Shown: positions 18,635 to 28,942, numbered from the stretch's first letter. The stretch is 64,000 nt of DNA from Ostreococcus lucimarinus (GCA_000092065.1 CP000583.1), one strand, 5' to 3'. The notes: a model not told the origin generated them from the letters alone. Numbers and translations are program-made.

Positions 18635-21600
18635 ATGTCGCGCGCAAAGTTCGCGTTTCGCCGGCGACACAGCCGCTTCGTCCTCGATGAGCTGTACTCG
18701 GACGACGACGGTAGCGATGACGAGTTTTCGCAATTCCCAGACGGATTGCCACCGCCGCAGGCGCACGCGGCGGCGCACGCGGGCGTGGATCACGTGCGGA
18801 TATCGTTTTTGGAAGCGCGGGCGTTCGGCGATCGCGCCAAGGGAGCGATGGCGGAGGGAGCGTATCTAGGGATGAGGAACGCGATATTGGAGCGATGGGC
18901 GATCGACGGCGCGTGCGGGACGGCGCTCGAGGAAAAAGACGTCGCGCGGGCGCTCGGGGCGCGCGAGGCGGACGACGTGGCGTATGCGGTGGATTTGTTT
19001 CGGTGGTTGGAGGAGAACGGGGGGATAAACTATGGGATCTTCAAGGAGGCGGCGAAACGCGAGAGCGACGCCGAGACGAAGGCGGACGCGGACGCGAAGG
19101 ATGGGGACGCGCCGACAGAGGCGCGGGTGACGAAAGCGTTGATTGCGGTGCTTAGATCGGCGGATTTAACGGTGGATACCGAGAAGGCGATTCGTCACAA
19201 GCTCGAGGCGCGCATGGGTGTTGGATTGAAGGAGTTTAAACCAGTCATTCGCGAGACGATTGAAAAGTTTTTGGCCAATCCGAGCGAGTTCGCGGACGTC
19301 GAGGACGACGCCGATGACGCCGGAGAGACGATTACGATGGCTGAGATTCCATCGCGACCGGCCCTTGTGGATGCGCGACCGACGATCGTGATCGGGGCCG
19401 GACCCGCCGGTCTCGCAGCGGCGACGATGCTTCGGCGACAAGGTTGCGAAGTCGTCGTTCTTGAAGCGCGTGATCGCGTCGGAGGGCGTGTGTACACGGA
19501 TTCAGAAACCTTCAGCGCTCCCGTAGATCTGGGTGCGTCAATCGTCACTGGCGTGAGTGAAGATCCTAAGCAACGCACTGGGATGCCATGGCTCGGCGTT
19601 CGCGCTGATCCCAGCGGCGTCGTCGCCAAACAGCTGGGCTTGAATCTCGTCGAACTTCGTGAAGGCTGTCCGCTGTACGACACCAAGACTGGTGAACAAG
19701 TTTCAAAGGAAATGGACGAGAAAGTAGAGCGCATCCGTGACTTGGTCATGGATGAAGCTCGCGCCAAGGTGGATGCGGGCGGGGAAAGCCAAATGATAGG
19801 CGCTTCGCTTGGCGAGGCTTTGAAGGAGGCGACGGAGAATTACTTTTTGAAGCTCGTACAAGACGACGGCAACGACAGTGATGATAGTGAGACACACGCC
19901 GCTGTACGGACCGAGCAGGCGGCTCGAATGGGTCAGACCGAACGCCGCCTGCTCGATTGGCACTGGGCTAATCTTGAGTACGGTTGCAGCGCATCGTTGA
20001 ATGATATTTCGTTACCACACTGGAACCAAGACGAGACGTTCGGGGGGTTCGGCGGTGCACACTGCATGGTTAGTGGTGGCTATGGAACGATCATGTCTCG
20101 ACTGGCGGAGGGTCTTGATGTTCGTCTCGGTATGCCTGTTGCCGAAGTGCGTCACGATGCAAACGGCGTTGTCGTTGAAACGAAAGATGGGCAGCAGATT
20201 GAAGGTGCTTCCGTCGTCGTCACCGTCCCGCTTGGTTGTCTCAAGGCTGGTGACGTGAAGTTCAGCCCACCGCTCGGAGATATGAAGTCGAGCGCGGTTG
20301 AGCGTCTCGGCTACGGAAACTTGAACAAAGTTATCCTTGAATTTGACGAGGCGTTTTGGGATCAATCGGTTGATTATTTTGGCTCCGCCATCGATAGTGC
20401 AGAGAATCGCGGGCGAAGTTTTATGTTTTGGAACTTAGTGCCAGTAAGTGGCAAGCCCATGCTGATCTCTCTCATCGCCGGCGACGCCGCGAAATCGGCT
20501 GAAACCGAAGGTTCGGAGTCCATAGTGAAATCTGTTCTTGCGACGCTGGCGAGAATCTGTTTCCCGGAAGATCCGTCGAAGATGCCTCCTTTGAAGCAAT
20601 CTCTCGTTACTCGATGGCAGTCCGATCCCTATGCGCGAGGATCGTACTCCTACGTTGCCACTGGCTCGAAGGGAGCTTCTGATTACGACGATTTGGGTAA
20701 GCCCGAAGGACGCGTGCTCTTCGCGGGTGAACACACCTGTAAGGAACATCCAGACACTGTTGGCGGTGCGATGCTCACCGGTTGGCGTGCGGCGCGTCAA
20801 GCGCTGGCGATCGCTCGCGGAAAAGAGGTGCACGATGAAGTGTTCAATTTGGATGAAATGCGCGCGGCGATCGCGAAGCGTAACGTCGATGTGGAGTACG
20901 CATTGGATGAAGAGGAGAACGCGCTCGACCACGTCATCGATCCGAGCGAGTTGTATCGTCGACGTGCGCAAGAAGATTACCTCGCCGATGCGGGTAAAGA
21001 GGAGGCAAAAATCATTTACCGCATTATGTCTGCGGTAGAAACTGGCGAAAAAGTTGACGTTCCAATCGAATTCGCCACTGTCATGTTGAAATTGAGAACC
21101 GTTCCGGGCCGAAGAGCGATGATCAACGCTTTGGTTGATGACGTAAGCGCAAGCGATCGCCGAGACTGGGCGCTGAAGCACGAGGGTTTGGCCCTTCTCA
21201 ACGAATGGATGCTTGATTCGAAGAATCATGCGAAGACATCGGAGACTTTAGTGCTGATGAGGCGCATGTTGGAGCTGTTGTTGGTGATTCCGTCAGATCT
21301 CGCCGCGCTTCGTGCGAGCGGCATCCCGAGGACGCTCAAGAATCGCTTCCAAACGCACCAAGACGGACGCGTCCGTCAACTCGCACGTCAATGCGGCCAC
21401 AAGTGGATGCAGGCACTTAGCCGTAAATCTGCTGGTTTGCCGCCGATTGATGACGTGGAGGAGGAGACGAAGAAGAAGGTAGTGCCGGTGCGAAAGAAGC
21501 CATCGCACCTCGGCGCAGCAGTGTTACTTGGGAACGCCACTGTCGAGCAAATGGACGTCGCCAACGACGATGCAGAAGAGACCATCGAAGTCAAACACGT

Positions 21601-22234
21601 CATCGATCCGGTGAAAACCGCTGAGGAAATTCAAGCGAAACGTGATGCCATGATAAGCGCTGCGCACGATTTACCGGAGGGCCAAGCCGCGCTCGCGGCG
21701 CGACAAGCGGCTGAACGCGCGGCGGAACAAGTCAAGGAAGCCATGCGTTTAGCCGAAGAAGCTCAGCGCGCCGCTCGCGAAGCTGAAATCGCGGCGACGG
21801 CTGGTGTCCGCATGTCTAAGAAGAATGTCATCGCATCGTTTGACTCATTCAACGACGCAGCGAGCGCAAAGCGTGAACGCGCCAAGAACAAGAAGCGCAA
21901 GGCTGCGGATGGCGACGATGACGACGATGACGACGATGACGATGAGACACCAGAAATTTCACTTGACGACTATCTCGCTAGAATCAGAAAGCAAGTGCGT
22001 CATTACGTGCACGAGCAGCTTCAAGACAAGCGCGAACGAGGAATCGTCACCAAAGCCGAGTGCAAAAAACTCGAAGAAAAAGTCGTAGAGAAAATTTTGG
22101 ACAATTCCGGTGGCGTCAACGACACCTCCAAGGCGTTCATGACGAGCAAGCGCAAGGAAAAAATCAAAAATCTCATCGGAGCGTACTGCCAATCCACCGT
22201 GAACGCCCGAAAGAAGAGTAAACATTCGCAATAA
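18635..22234 (+). CDS. LSD1/KDM1-like lysine-specific histone demethylase: SWIRM, then DEK_C-like, then FAD amine oxidase, then a TFIIS-N-like domain, then acidic/coiled-coil tail
   Basis: SWIRM 'RISFLEARAFGDRAKGAMAEGAYLGMRNAILERW'. DEK_C-like 'VTKALIAVLRSADLTVDTEKAIRHKLEARMGVGLKEFKPVIRETIEKFL'. FAD motif 'IVIGAGPAGLAAATMLRRQGCEVVVLEARDRVGGRV'. TFIIS-N-like 'LLNEWMLDS...SGIPRTLKNRFQTHQDGRVRQLARQCGHKWMQ'. ATG at 18635. Confidence 0.85.
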   Translation: MSRAKFAFRRRHSRFVLDELYSDDDGSDDEFSQFPDGLPPPQAHAAAHAGVDHVRISFLEARAFGDRAKGAMAEGAYLGMRNAILERWAIDGACGTALEEKDVARALGAREADDVAYAVDLFRWLEENGGINYGIFKEAAKRESDAETKADADAKDGDAPTEARVTKALIAVLRSADLTVDTEKAIRHKLEARMGVGLKEFKPVIRETIEKFLANPSEFADVEDDADDAGETITMAEIPSRPALVDARPTIVIGAGPAGLAAATMLRRQGCEVVVLEARDRVGGRVYTDSETFSAPVDLGASIVTGVSEDPKQRTGMPWLGVRADPSGVVAKQLGLNLVELREGCPLYDTKTGEQVSKEMDEKVERIRDLVMDEARAKVDAGGESQMIGASLGEALKEATENYFLKLVQDDGNDSDDSETHAAVRTEQAARMGQTERRLLDWHWANLEYGCSASLNDISLPHWNQDETFGGFGGAHCMVSGGYGTIMSRLAEGLDVRLGMPVAEVRHDANGVVVETKDGQQIEGASVVVTVPLGCLKAGDVKFSPPLGDMKSSAVERLGYGNLNKVILEFDEAFWDQSVDYFGSAIDSAENRGRSFMFWNLVPVSGKPMLISLIAGDAAKSAETEGSESIVKSVLATLARICFPEDPSKMPPLKQSLVTRWQSDPYARGSYSYVATGSKGASDYDDLGKPEGRVLFAGEHTCKEHPDTVGGAMLTGWRAARQALAIARGKEVHDEVFNLDEMRAAIAKRNVDVEYALDEEENALDHVIDPSELYRRRAQEDYLADAGKEEAKIIYRIMSAVETGEKVDVPIEFATVMLKLRTVPGRRAMINALVDDVSASDRRDWALKHEGLALLNEWMLDSKNHAKTSETLVLMRRMLELLLVIPSDLAALRASGIPRTLKNRFQTHQDGRVRQLARQCGHKWMQALSRKSAGLPPIDDVEEETKKKVVPVRKKPSHLGAAVLLGNATVEQMDVANDDAEETIEVKHVIDPVKTAEEIQAKRDAMISAAHDLPEGQAALAARQAAERAAEQVKEAMRLAEEAQRAAREAEIAATAGVRMSKKNVIASFDSFNDAASAKRERAKNKKRKAADGDDDDDDDDDDETPEISLDDYLARIRKQVRHYVHEQLQDKRERGIVTKAECKKLEEKVVEKILDNSGGVNDTSKAFMTSKRKEKIKNLIGAYCQSTVNARKKSKHSQ

Positions 22235-22310
22235 CACTCACTCACGTTTTAGTACTGCCGAGCACCCACCCATCCTTCGTTGGCCGCGCCACACGACACC
22301 TCGCGGCGTC

Positions 22311-23801
22311 ATGTTCTCGGGCGCGGTGAAGATCGCGCCCGACGCTCTGAACGACTTCATCGCCCCCTCGCAGGACTGCGTCGTCGCTCTCGACGGTGGT
22401 AAGCTCAAACTCGACGACGATGGTGCCGTCGGCGCGTCTTCCGAAGACGCCTTCTCCACCGGCGAAGTCGCCCTGCGTCGACGTAAACCGCGCGAAGACG
22501 ACGCCATGGCCGTGGATGCCGAGCCAACGTCGACTTTCACACCGACGATGACGCAGGGCGACGCGCTGAAGGTGTCGCTGAGCGATTGCTTGGCGTGCAG
22601 CGGTTGCGTGACGAGCGCGGAGAGCGTGCTGCTGGAACAACAATCCGTGGATGAGTTCGCACAGGCGTGCGCGCGCGCGCGGAGCGACGGAACGAGCGTC
22701 GTCGTCGCGAGCGTCAGCCCGCAGTCGTTGATGAGCCTGAGCGAGGCGTATGGATTGGGAGTGGAGGAGACGCGCGCGCGGCTTGGCGGGCTGTTGAAGG
22801 CGGGATTCGGCGCGGCGAGGGCGTTTGATACGTCATTTAGTCGGGATATAGCGCTCGTGGAGACGTTTGCAGAGTTTACGGAGTGGATGCGAGACGGCGC
22901 GAGGACGCCGATGTTGGCGAGTGCGTGTCCGGGGTGGGTGTGTTACGCGGAGAAGACGCACGGCGAACTCGCGGTGCCGCACATGGCAACGACGAAGAGT
23001 CCGCAGCAAATCATGGGAAGGTTTGTGAAGAGCGCGGTCGCGCGCGAACTTGGCGTACCAGCACATAACGTGTACCACGTGAGCGTGATGCCGTGCTACG
23101 ACAAAAAGCTCGAGGCGACTCGCGATGATTTCGAGAGCGACGGTGTCAAGGATGTCGACGTCGTGCTCACGACGGGCGAGGTGGCTTTGTTATTAGAAAA
23201 GGCTGGTTTGTGCCATTTGAGAGACGCGCCGGCAAATGATTTTGACGCATTCGTGAGCACAAACGAACAAGCACCAGAAAGTGTGTGCGCAGCGCCGGCG
23301 GTATCGGGATCTGGGGGATACGCCGAGTACGTTTTCCGGCGCGCGGCGGCGGAGTTGTTCAATGCTCCGATAACTGGAGAGATTGACTGGGTCAAGATGC
23401 GCAACGCGGACATGCGTGAGGCCACACTAACGATCAATGGTGAAGCTGTTCTACGCGTGGCTGTCGCGTATGGTTTCAGAAACATTCAAAATCTTGTTCG
23501 AAGCATCAAATTAAAAAAGAGCAAGCACCATTTCGTCGAGATAATGGCGTGTCCTTCGGGATGCTTGAATGGCGGCGGTCAAATCCCAGCGCGCGAGGGA
23601 ACTGCGAACAAAGAATTGATCGACAGACTGGATGATACGTATAGGGAAAACGCACGCGCACGACCGATGGCGGATGTGTCGACGCTCTATCGCGAATGGA
23701 TCGGCGGAAATCCAGGATCGTCAAACGCTCGCGAAGCGCTTCGAACGCAATATCACATTCGCGCAAAATCCGTCGGAGTCGTCCAACTGAACAGTTGGTA
23801 G
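22311..23801 (+). CDS. NARFL: Cytosolic Fe-S cluster assembly factor Nar1/NARFL ([FeFe]-hydrogenase-like)
   Basis: 'SLSDCLACSGCVTSAESVLL', 'VMPCYDKKLEA' and 'IMACPSGCLNGGGQI' are hydrogenase-like cysteine motifs. ATG at 22311, 76 bp after the LSD1-like stop. Confidence 0.85.
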   Translation: MFSGAVKIAPDALNDFIAPSQDCVVALDGGKLKLDDDGAVGASSEDAFSTGEVALRRRKPREDDAMAVDAEPTSTFTPTMTQGDALKVSLSDCLACSGCVTSAESVLLEQQSVDEFAQACARARSDGTSVVVASVSPQSLMSLSEAYGLGVEETRARLGGLLKAGFGAARAFDTSFSRDIALVETFAEFTEWMRDGARTPMLASACPGWVCYAEKTHGELAVPHMATTKSPQQIMGRFVKSAVARELGVPAHNVYHVSVMPCYDKKLEATRDDFESDGVKDVDVVLTTGEVALLLEKAGLCHLRDAPANDFDAFVSTNEQAPESVCAAPAVSGSGGYAEYVFRRAAAELFNAPITGEIDWVKMRNADMREATLTINGEAVLRVAVAYGFRNIQNLVRSIKLKKSKHHFVEIMACPSGCLNGGGQIPAREGTANKELIDRLDDTYRENARARPMADVSTLYREWIGGNPGSSNAREALRTQYHIRAKSVGVVQLNSW

Positions 23802-23856
23802 CTGCTAGCTAGATCTAGGTATAGAGTTACAAACAGCGTTGTAATTGAGTAATAGG

Positions 23857-25497
23857 TTAAAAGACGCTTCTTGGCCGCGGTCCGACGTCAAGCTTGATTT
23901 CATCCGGGCGCAGGGTAATCAAAGCTTTTGGCTTTGGCGCGCTCGATCCCGGGGGAAGACGTAGTTCGCACGCGTTGCAAATAAGTGCGAGTAAAAGAAC
24001 ACTCTCCATCATAGCGAACCCAGTGCCGATGCACACGCGAGGGCCGCCTCCAAACGGGAAGTATGCGTCATTTGGTCCGAGATTTTTCAACGCATCGCGC
24101 GCCAACGTTCCTTCCGAATACGGACTTTTCACCAACCATCGTTCGGGTTTGAACGCTTTGGGGTCGTTCCAATACTGCGAATCTCTTTGAATCAGATACG
24201 GAGCGATCAGAACAGTGGTTCCTTTCGTAATGAACACATCAGATCGAAGCTCCACATCTCTCGCGGCGCATCGACCCACCATGTAAGCTGGCGGGCGAAT
24301 GCGAAGCGTCTCAAGGATACACGCTTCGGTGTACGGAAGTTTCGAGAAATCACTCGCATCGAGCGACGAGCCAGCATTTTCCTTGGTTTTCAAGTGTTGT
24401 CGGACCTCGGTGGCTATCTTATCGCCCACATATGGCCTTTCAGCGATGAGCGCGCACGCCCATGACAACAAAATTGCGCTTGTCTCTTGTCCCGCAACCA
24501 TGAGTGTCATGAGCTCATCGCGAAGGGCTTTGTCCGACATCCCCGTTGCGTCGTTGCCGTCACCCTCGTTCTCATCCTTTTCAAGCAACAAACGATCGAG
24601 CAAGTCCAATTCATTATTTTGTTCTCCACTCGCCATGGCTCGACGACGTTTGGCAATGATACTGTACACCTCCTCATCGAGTCTTTTGACCGCATCGTTG
24701 TACCGCACGTTATCAAAAGTCGGCGCCCACTCGGGAATAATCATTCCCGTCGCCGCTCGCCGACCAAAAAATTCAAAGCTATCCTTAATCGCACCATTAA
24801 TCTTACTCGCTCTCGCACCGACGACGTCTGCCCCGAACAACGCACTCGCCACAATTTCCAACGTTGCATCGTTAAAATCCGCGTACACGTCCCGCCTTCC
24901 CCGCCTCGACCACGTCTTATTCACTAACCTCTCACCTACCTCAATCATGCACCGCGCGTACGTCTCGACCGCCGCCTTGCGAAACGCCGGATTACTCAAC
25001 CGTCGCTGTCGAGCCCACGTCTCGCCGTCGCTCACCAATAACCCATTCCCCGCCAACGACGATCCAGGAAAGAACGCCGTGCCATCTTTTTGAAAACATT
25101 CGCTCTGATCCACCAAAACCGCTCTCGCCAGCGCCGGCGAGCTGACGAGGACGACGTTTTCTCCCGCGAGCGTCAGCCCGACTGCGTCGCCGTGCGCCTC
25201 TCTCGCGCGTTCCAAAAACTTTAACGGATCGTACACCAACTCCAGCGCCACGTCCTCGCGCGGTCCTCGCGGAAATCGCGCTGGCTTTACGTTCGCGTTT
25301 CCCGCGACGTCGCGCGCGACGCCACCGAGCGCGCGAAGCGTCGCGACGGCGACCGCGTCCAGCGTCCCTCGAAGCGCATCGTCTTCCCCAGCCTTCGTCG
25401 CCCCCGACCGTCGCGCGCGCCCGGACGCGCGCGCGCGACGCCCCGAGCATCGCCCCGCGCGCGCCACGCGCGCGCCGCCGCGCGTCGCCGTCGACAT
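23857..25497 (-). CDS. Cytochrome P450 with N-terminal targeting sequence
   Basis: Heme loop 'FPFGGGPRVCIGTGFAMME', ExxR 'ETLRIRPP' and 'PERW'. ATG at 25495-25497. Family (for example CYP97-like) not resolvable by eye. Confidence 0.8.
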   Translation of the reverse strand: MSTATRGGARVARAGRCSGRRARASGRARRSGATKAGEDDALRGTLDAVAVATLRALGGVARDVAGNANVKPARFPRGPREDVALELVYDPLKFLERAREAHGDAVGLTLAGENVVLVSSPALARAVLVDQSECFQKDGTAFFPGSSLAGNGLLVSDGETWARQRRLSNPAFRKAAVETYARCMIEVGERLVNKTWSRRGRRDVYADFNDATLEIVASALFGADVVGARASKINGAIKDSFEFFGRRAATGMIIPEWAPTFDNVRYNDAVKRLDEEVYSIIAKRRRAMASGEQNNELDLLDRLLLEKDENEGDGNDATGMSDKALRDELMTLMVAGQETSAILLSWACALIAERPYVGDKIATEVRQHLKTKENAGSSLDASDFSKLPYTEACILETLRIRPPAYMVGRCAARDVELRSDVFITKGTTVLIAPYLIQRDSQYWNDPKAFKPERWLVKSPYSEGTLARDALKNLGPNDAYFPFGGGPRVCIGTGFAMMESVLLLALICNACELRLPPGSSAPKPKALITLRPDEIKLDVGPRPRSVF

Positions 25498-25512
25498 CGC
25501 GCGCGCCGTCGC

Positions 25513-25566
25513 GCAGTGTCGAGCGCCACTCGTCGACGTGCAGTGTCGAGCGCCACTCGTCGACGA
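25513..25566. repeat. 27-bp perfect-but-one tandem duplication (gcagtgtcgagcgccactcgtcgacgt x2) in the P450 / MT-like divergent promoter
   Basis: Read directly. Confidence 0.6.
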
Positions 25567-25636
25567 TCGCCGCGCGCGCTTCGATCGACCTCCGCGTCGC
25601 CGGCGACCGGGCGACGAACGGCGCGCGCGTCACCAC

Positions 25637-25852
25637 ATGGGCGTCCTCGCGAACCTGTTCGGCGGCTCGAAGTCGTCGAAAACGACGCCCAAGGCGCCGC
25701 AAACGCCGCACGCGAGTTGCGCGCAATCGAGCGGTGGCGGCGCGCGCGGCGCGTGCGGAAGCGCGGGGAGCGCGTGCCCGTGGAGGGATTGCCGGTGCGG
25801 AGCGAATTGTAAGTGCGGAGCGAATTGTAAGTGCGGGAGCGTGCGACGGTAG
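25637..25852 (+). CDS. Candidate 71-aa Cys-rich metallothionein-like protein
   Basis: ATG at 25637 and TAG at 25850-25852. C-terminus 'CPWRDCRCGANCKCGANCKCGS' has CxC/CKC motifs. High GC3 like neighbouring genes. The last two 'CGANCK' units come from an 18-bp tandem DNA repeat. Could alternatively be a uORF or 5' exon of the DHHC gene. Confidence 0.3.
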   Translation: MGVLANLFGGSKSSKTTPKAPQTPHASCAQSSGGGARGACGSAGSACPWRDCRCGANCKCGANCKCGSVRR

Positions 25853-25944
25853 ACGGGCGAGCGCGCGATCGGGATCGCGGGTGGATAACGCGGCGCGAAC
25901 GGGACGGGCGAGAGGGGACGCGCGGCGAGGATTGGACGAACGTG

Positions 25945-26865
25945 ATGGCGGAAAACGTCGGAATGAACCGAAGAGTACGCGCGCGGACGTGCGCGCGACG
26001 GTGCGTGGGGAAACTGAACCTGCCGGTGGTGCTGGTGCTCGGGATGTACTCTTACGTGTACGAGACGACGAAGACGTACGCGTTTCACGAAGGACGCGCG
26101 GGAGGGCTGGCGGAGCTCGTCTTCGCGCTCACCGCGGGGCTGGGGATGGTTATGTATGCGTGCACGGTGTTGAGAGATCCGGGGAGGGTTCCGGGGGATT
26201 ACGTGCCCAAGGTTGAGGAGGGAGACGCGCTTGTGGAGGCGAAACGGAAAGGCGGGGGATTTCGATTTTGTCAAAAGTGCGAACGGCACAAACCGCCGCG
26301 GACGCATCACTGTCGCGTGTGTAAGCGGTGCGTGTTGCGCATGGATCATCACTGTGTTTGGGTGAATAACTGCGTGGGGCACTATAATTACAAGAGTTTC
26401 TTCTTGTTTTTGTTTTACGCCACGATTTCGCTGTGCCAAGCGGCGTACCATCTCGGAAATTTTGCGGCGAGTGAAATCTTCAACCCGCGCGGGTCCAAGT
26501 TTGACGACTACAAAGCTTCCTCGCTCGTCATCGGATGTTTGGTGGTAACGTGCACGCTCACGATCGCCCTCGCCGCACTCTTCGTGTGGCACGTGCGACT
26601 CGTGGTGAACAACAAGACGACCATCGAGCACTACGAAGGCGTGCGTTCGAGATACAACAACATCCCCACCGTCGTCGAGCATCCATACTCGCTCGGTTTG
26701 CTCGCCAACTTGCGAGAGATACTAGGTAGAAATGTTTTGTTCTGGTTCACCCCGGGTTGCAAAATTAGCGGCGACGGCACGCGGTATCCGAATGTTTTGG
26801 AAATGTCGCGAGAGCGATGGGACCGAACCGTTCGCACCAAGGAGCGCGAGCTCACGGTGCTCTAA
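25945..26865 (+). CDS. DHHC-type protein S-acyltransferase (palmitoyltransferase)
   Basis: 'CQKCERHKPPRTHHCRVCKRCVLRMDHHCVWVNNCVGHYNYKSF' DHHC-CRD flanked by 4 TM helices. First ATG at 25945. Confidence 0.8.
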   Translation: MAENVGMNRRVRARTCARRCVGKLNLPVVLVLGMYSYVYETTKTYAFHEGRAGGLAELVFALTAGLGMVMYACTVLRDPGRVPGDYVPKVEEGDALVEAKRKGGGFRFCQKCERHKPPRTHHCRVCKRCVLRMDHHCVWVNNCVGHYNYKSFFLFLFYATISLCQAAYHLGNFAASEIFNPRGSKFDDYKASSLVIGCLVVTCTLTIALAALFVWHVRLVVNNKTTIEHYEGVRSRYNNIPTVVEHPYSLGLLANLREILGRNVLFWFTPGCKISGDGTRYPNVLEMSRERWDRTVRTKERELTVL

Positions 26866-27002
26866 TCTTTTCGCCCCGCCGCGGCGTTGAATTAATAATG
26901 ACACACACAAGCTATATTCATCACGCTTCATCGCGACGATGACACGCGTCGGAGTCTCGCGTCGAACGTTCCGTCGTCCGCGGCGTCACTTCGCGCCTCG
27001 CC

Positions 27003-28001
27003 ATGGTGATTGCCCAGCGCAGCCTCCGCGTCGTCCTCGCGTGCGCGCTCGCGCTTCTCGCGCTCGCCTGCACCGCGCGCGCGCACGCACCGGTGCTGCC
27101 GAACCTCCCGAACCTCCCTCCGAACCTGCACGCCGCGCTGTCGACCGTGGACGTGTCGAAATGTCCCGAGCACAAGAGCGGACATCGTCGCGCCAACACC
27201 GCCGGGAACGCGCACCTGAAGCGCGGCGCGCACGACACCGCGCTCGCGTGCTACGTCGCCGCGCTGTCGTCCAAGATGAATTTCCCGCCCGCGCTGTACG
27301 GAGTGGGAGAGACGTTCGCGAGGCGCGCGCCGGGCGGATTTGAGCTCGCGCGAGAGAGTTTCGAGCTCGCGCTTCGACACTGGCCAGAATACGCGGACGC
27401 GGCGATCGCGCTTGGTGATCTGTGGAGCGCGGTTCGGGGAGATCGAGCGCGAGCGGAGACGTATTACGCGCGCGCGACAAAGGCGAAACCGGGAGATGCG
27501 CTGTCGTGGGAAGCGTTGGCGTCGAATCAATACGAGGATGGACGATTGGACGACGCGTTGGCGTCGTACAACGAGGCGTTGAATGCGGTTCGACAAGCGC
27601 CTGGATTGTATTTTAGTCGAGGAAAGGTGCATCGCGCGAAGAAGGATTACGGCGCGTGCGTCGAGGACGCGCAACAGGCGCTGAAGCTAGCGGAGAACTT
27701 TGGACAGGCGTATCATTTATTGGCAACGTGCGAGGAAAAGTTGCTCGGCGCCGCGGCACTTGAAGTGGATGCGCACTACCGCGCGGCGATCGAACACGAA
27801 CCCGAATTCGCGGACCACTTTTTGGACTTTGTGCATTTCATTTATCGCAACGACGAATCGCGCCTGAAGGAGGCGCGAGAAATCTTGAGCAAAGCGCACG
27901 CGTCGATGGAGGACAACGGCGAACGCGCCAAGCTCGAGCGAGGCACGCGAGAGTTTGAAGAATTTGCGTCGCGCAGGGCGCACGATAACAGCGAGCTTTA
28001 A
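27003..28001 (+). CDS. Secreted or organelle-lumen TPR-repeat protein (signal peptide 'MVIAQRSLRVVLACALALLALACTARA')
   Basis: ATG at 27003, cleavable signal-like N-terminus, then tetratricopeptide-like helices (AHLKRGAHDTALACYVAAL; ALASYNEALNAV...). Confidence 0.6.
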   Translation: MVIAQRSLRVVLACALALLALACTARAHAPVLPNLPNLPPNLHAALSTVDVSKCPEHKSGHRRANTAGNAHLKRGAHDTALACYVAALSSKMNFPPALYGVGETFARRAPGGFELARESFELALRHWPEYADAAIALGDLWSAVRGDRARAETYYARATKAKPGDALSWEALASNQYEDGRLDDALASYNEALNAVRQAPGLYFSRGKVHRAKKDYGACVEDAQQALKLAENFGQAYHLLATCEEKLLGAAALEVDAHYRAAIEHEPEFADHFLDFVHFIYRNDESRLKEAREILSKAHASMEDNGERAKLERGTREFEEFASRRAHDNSEL

Positions 28002-28035
28002 TTCACAATTACATGCACAGCGTAATAATACGTTT

Positions 28036-28707
28036 TCATCCTAATCTGTCCGCCATCGCTCCCCAGGTATCGTTGAGGCGACTGTACGGTTTTCTGTCGT
28101 CGCGGCGCGGACCTCCTCCACGACTCGGTCCTCCTCGCCCTCTATCGCCTCCTCGCCCTCTATCGCCTCCTCGCGATGGACCCGGCGGGCCGGGTGGAAC
28201 GATGTGCGCCCACTTGCAGCTATTACCGCGTCGGCATCGACCGACGCTAAAGTCGTAGCACCGTTGCTGGCCGCCGTTCCCGCCGTTCGCCGATACTCGA
28301 TGGCCGTTCAAGACGTCGCGCATGGCGTCTCTAGCCCGCCCACGCGCGCCCTTATCGTGACTGAAAATGAGCACTAGTTCTTTCTCTGGCTCATCATCCG
28401 GATCGGGTATGTTGAAGCAAAACGTTCCAGTGTTTTGTTCGATGAGCCGGAGCGTGGCGCCGCCTGTGCCGTAGATACGGCTGATGCCGCCGAAGCCAGA
28501 TTTACACGGGAAAACGGTGACATCGTTGCGATCTTTAAACGAAATATCCGTTCCTAACGTCCCTTTCTGTTGCTTCAACAACCATCGAATGTAGTCCCAA
28601 CATCTCGCGCGTTCGTCGCGATCGCCAGTCATGATGCCGAGCATGCCGACGTACTCAAACGAGCACCCGGACGCCTTCGCGATTTTCCTTCGCGTCGATC
28701 CCTGCAT
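28036..28707 (-). CDS. RNA-binding protein with KH-like segment(s), CCCH zinc finger and RGG box
   Basis: 'CYDFSVGRCRRGNSCKWAH' CCCH zinc finger and 'GGDRGRGGDRGRGGPSRGG' RGG box. ATG at 28705-28707, but an upstream exon cannot be excluded. Stop is 34 bp from the TPR-gene stop. Confidence 0.5.
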   Translation of the reverse strand: MQGSTRRKIAKASGCSFEYVGMLGIMTGDRDERARCWDYIRWLLKQQKGTLGTDISFKDRNDVTVFPCKSGFGGISRIYGTGGATLRLIEQNTGTFCFNIPDPDDEPEKELVLIFSHDKGARGRARDAMRDVLNGHRVSANGGNGGQQRCYDFSVGRCRRGNSCKWAHIVPPGPPGPSRGGDRGRGGDRGRGGPSRGGGPRRDDRKPYSRLNDTWGAMADRLG

Positions 28708-28942
28708 CGAAAAATATACACTCAGTCAGTTTCCGTTCATAGCGCAGTTTGATGAGAAGATAAAACGAAAAAGAGTGGTTGATGAATGTACGGGTAGACA
28801 TGAAAGCGTTCACTCGCTGGACGGCATACTGGCCCACAGCGGCGAGACAGAAAACACCCGCATATTTCAGACAGAATTTATTCTTCGCACGAAAGAGAGC
28901 TCGAGTGATCTAACGTCCGACATGGTTTTGCCCCGGACGGAT

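Noticed and set aside
25630-26682. 350-aa minus ORF overlapping the DHHC gene
   Set aside because: The DHHC-CRD signature is unambiguous on the + strand. The minus-strand product is Arg/His/Pro-rich nonsense.
26939-27343. Short Arg-rich ORFs overlapping the TPR-gene 5' end, and similar 60-250-aa ORFs listed throughout the track
   Set aside because: They start at GTG/CTG/TTG, lack conserved motifs, and overlap genes with strong homology signals on the other strand or frame.
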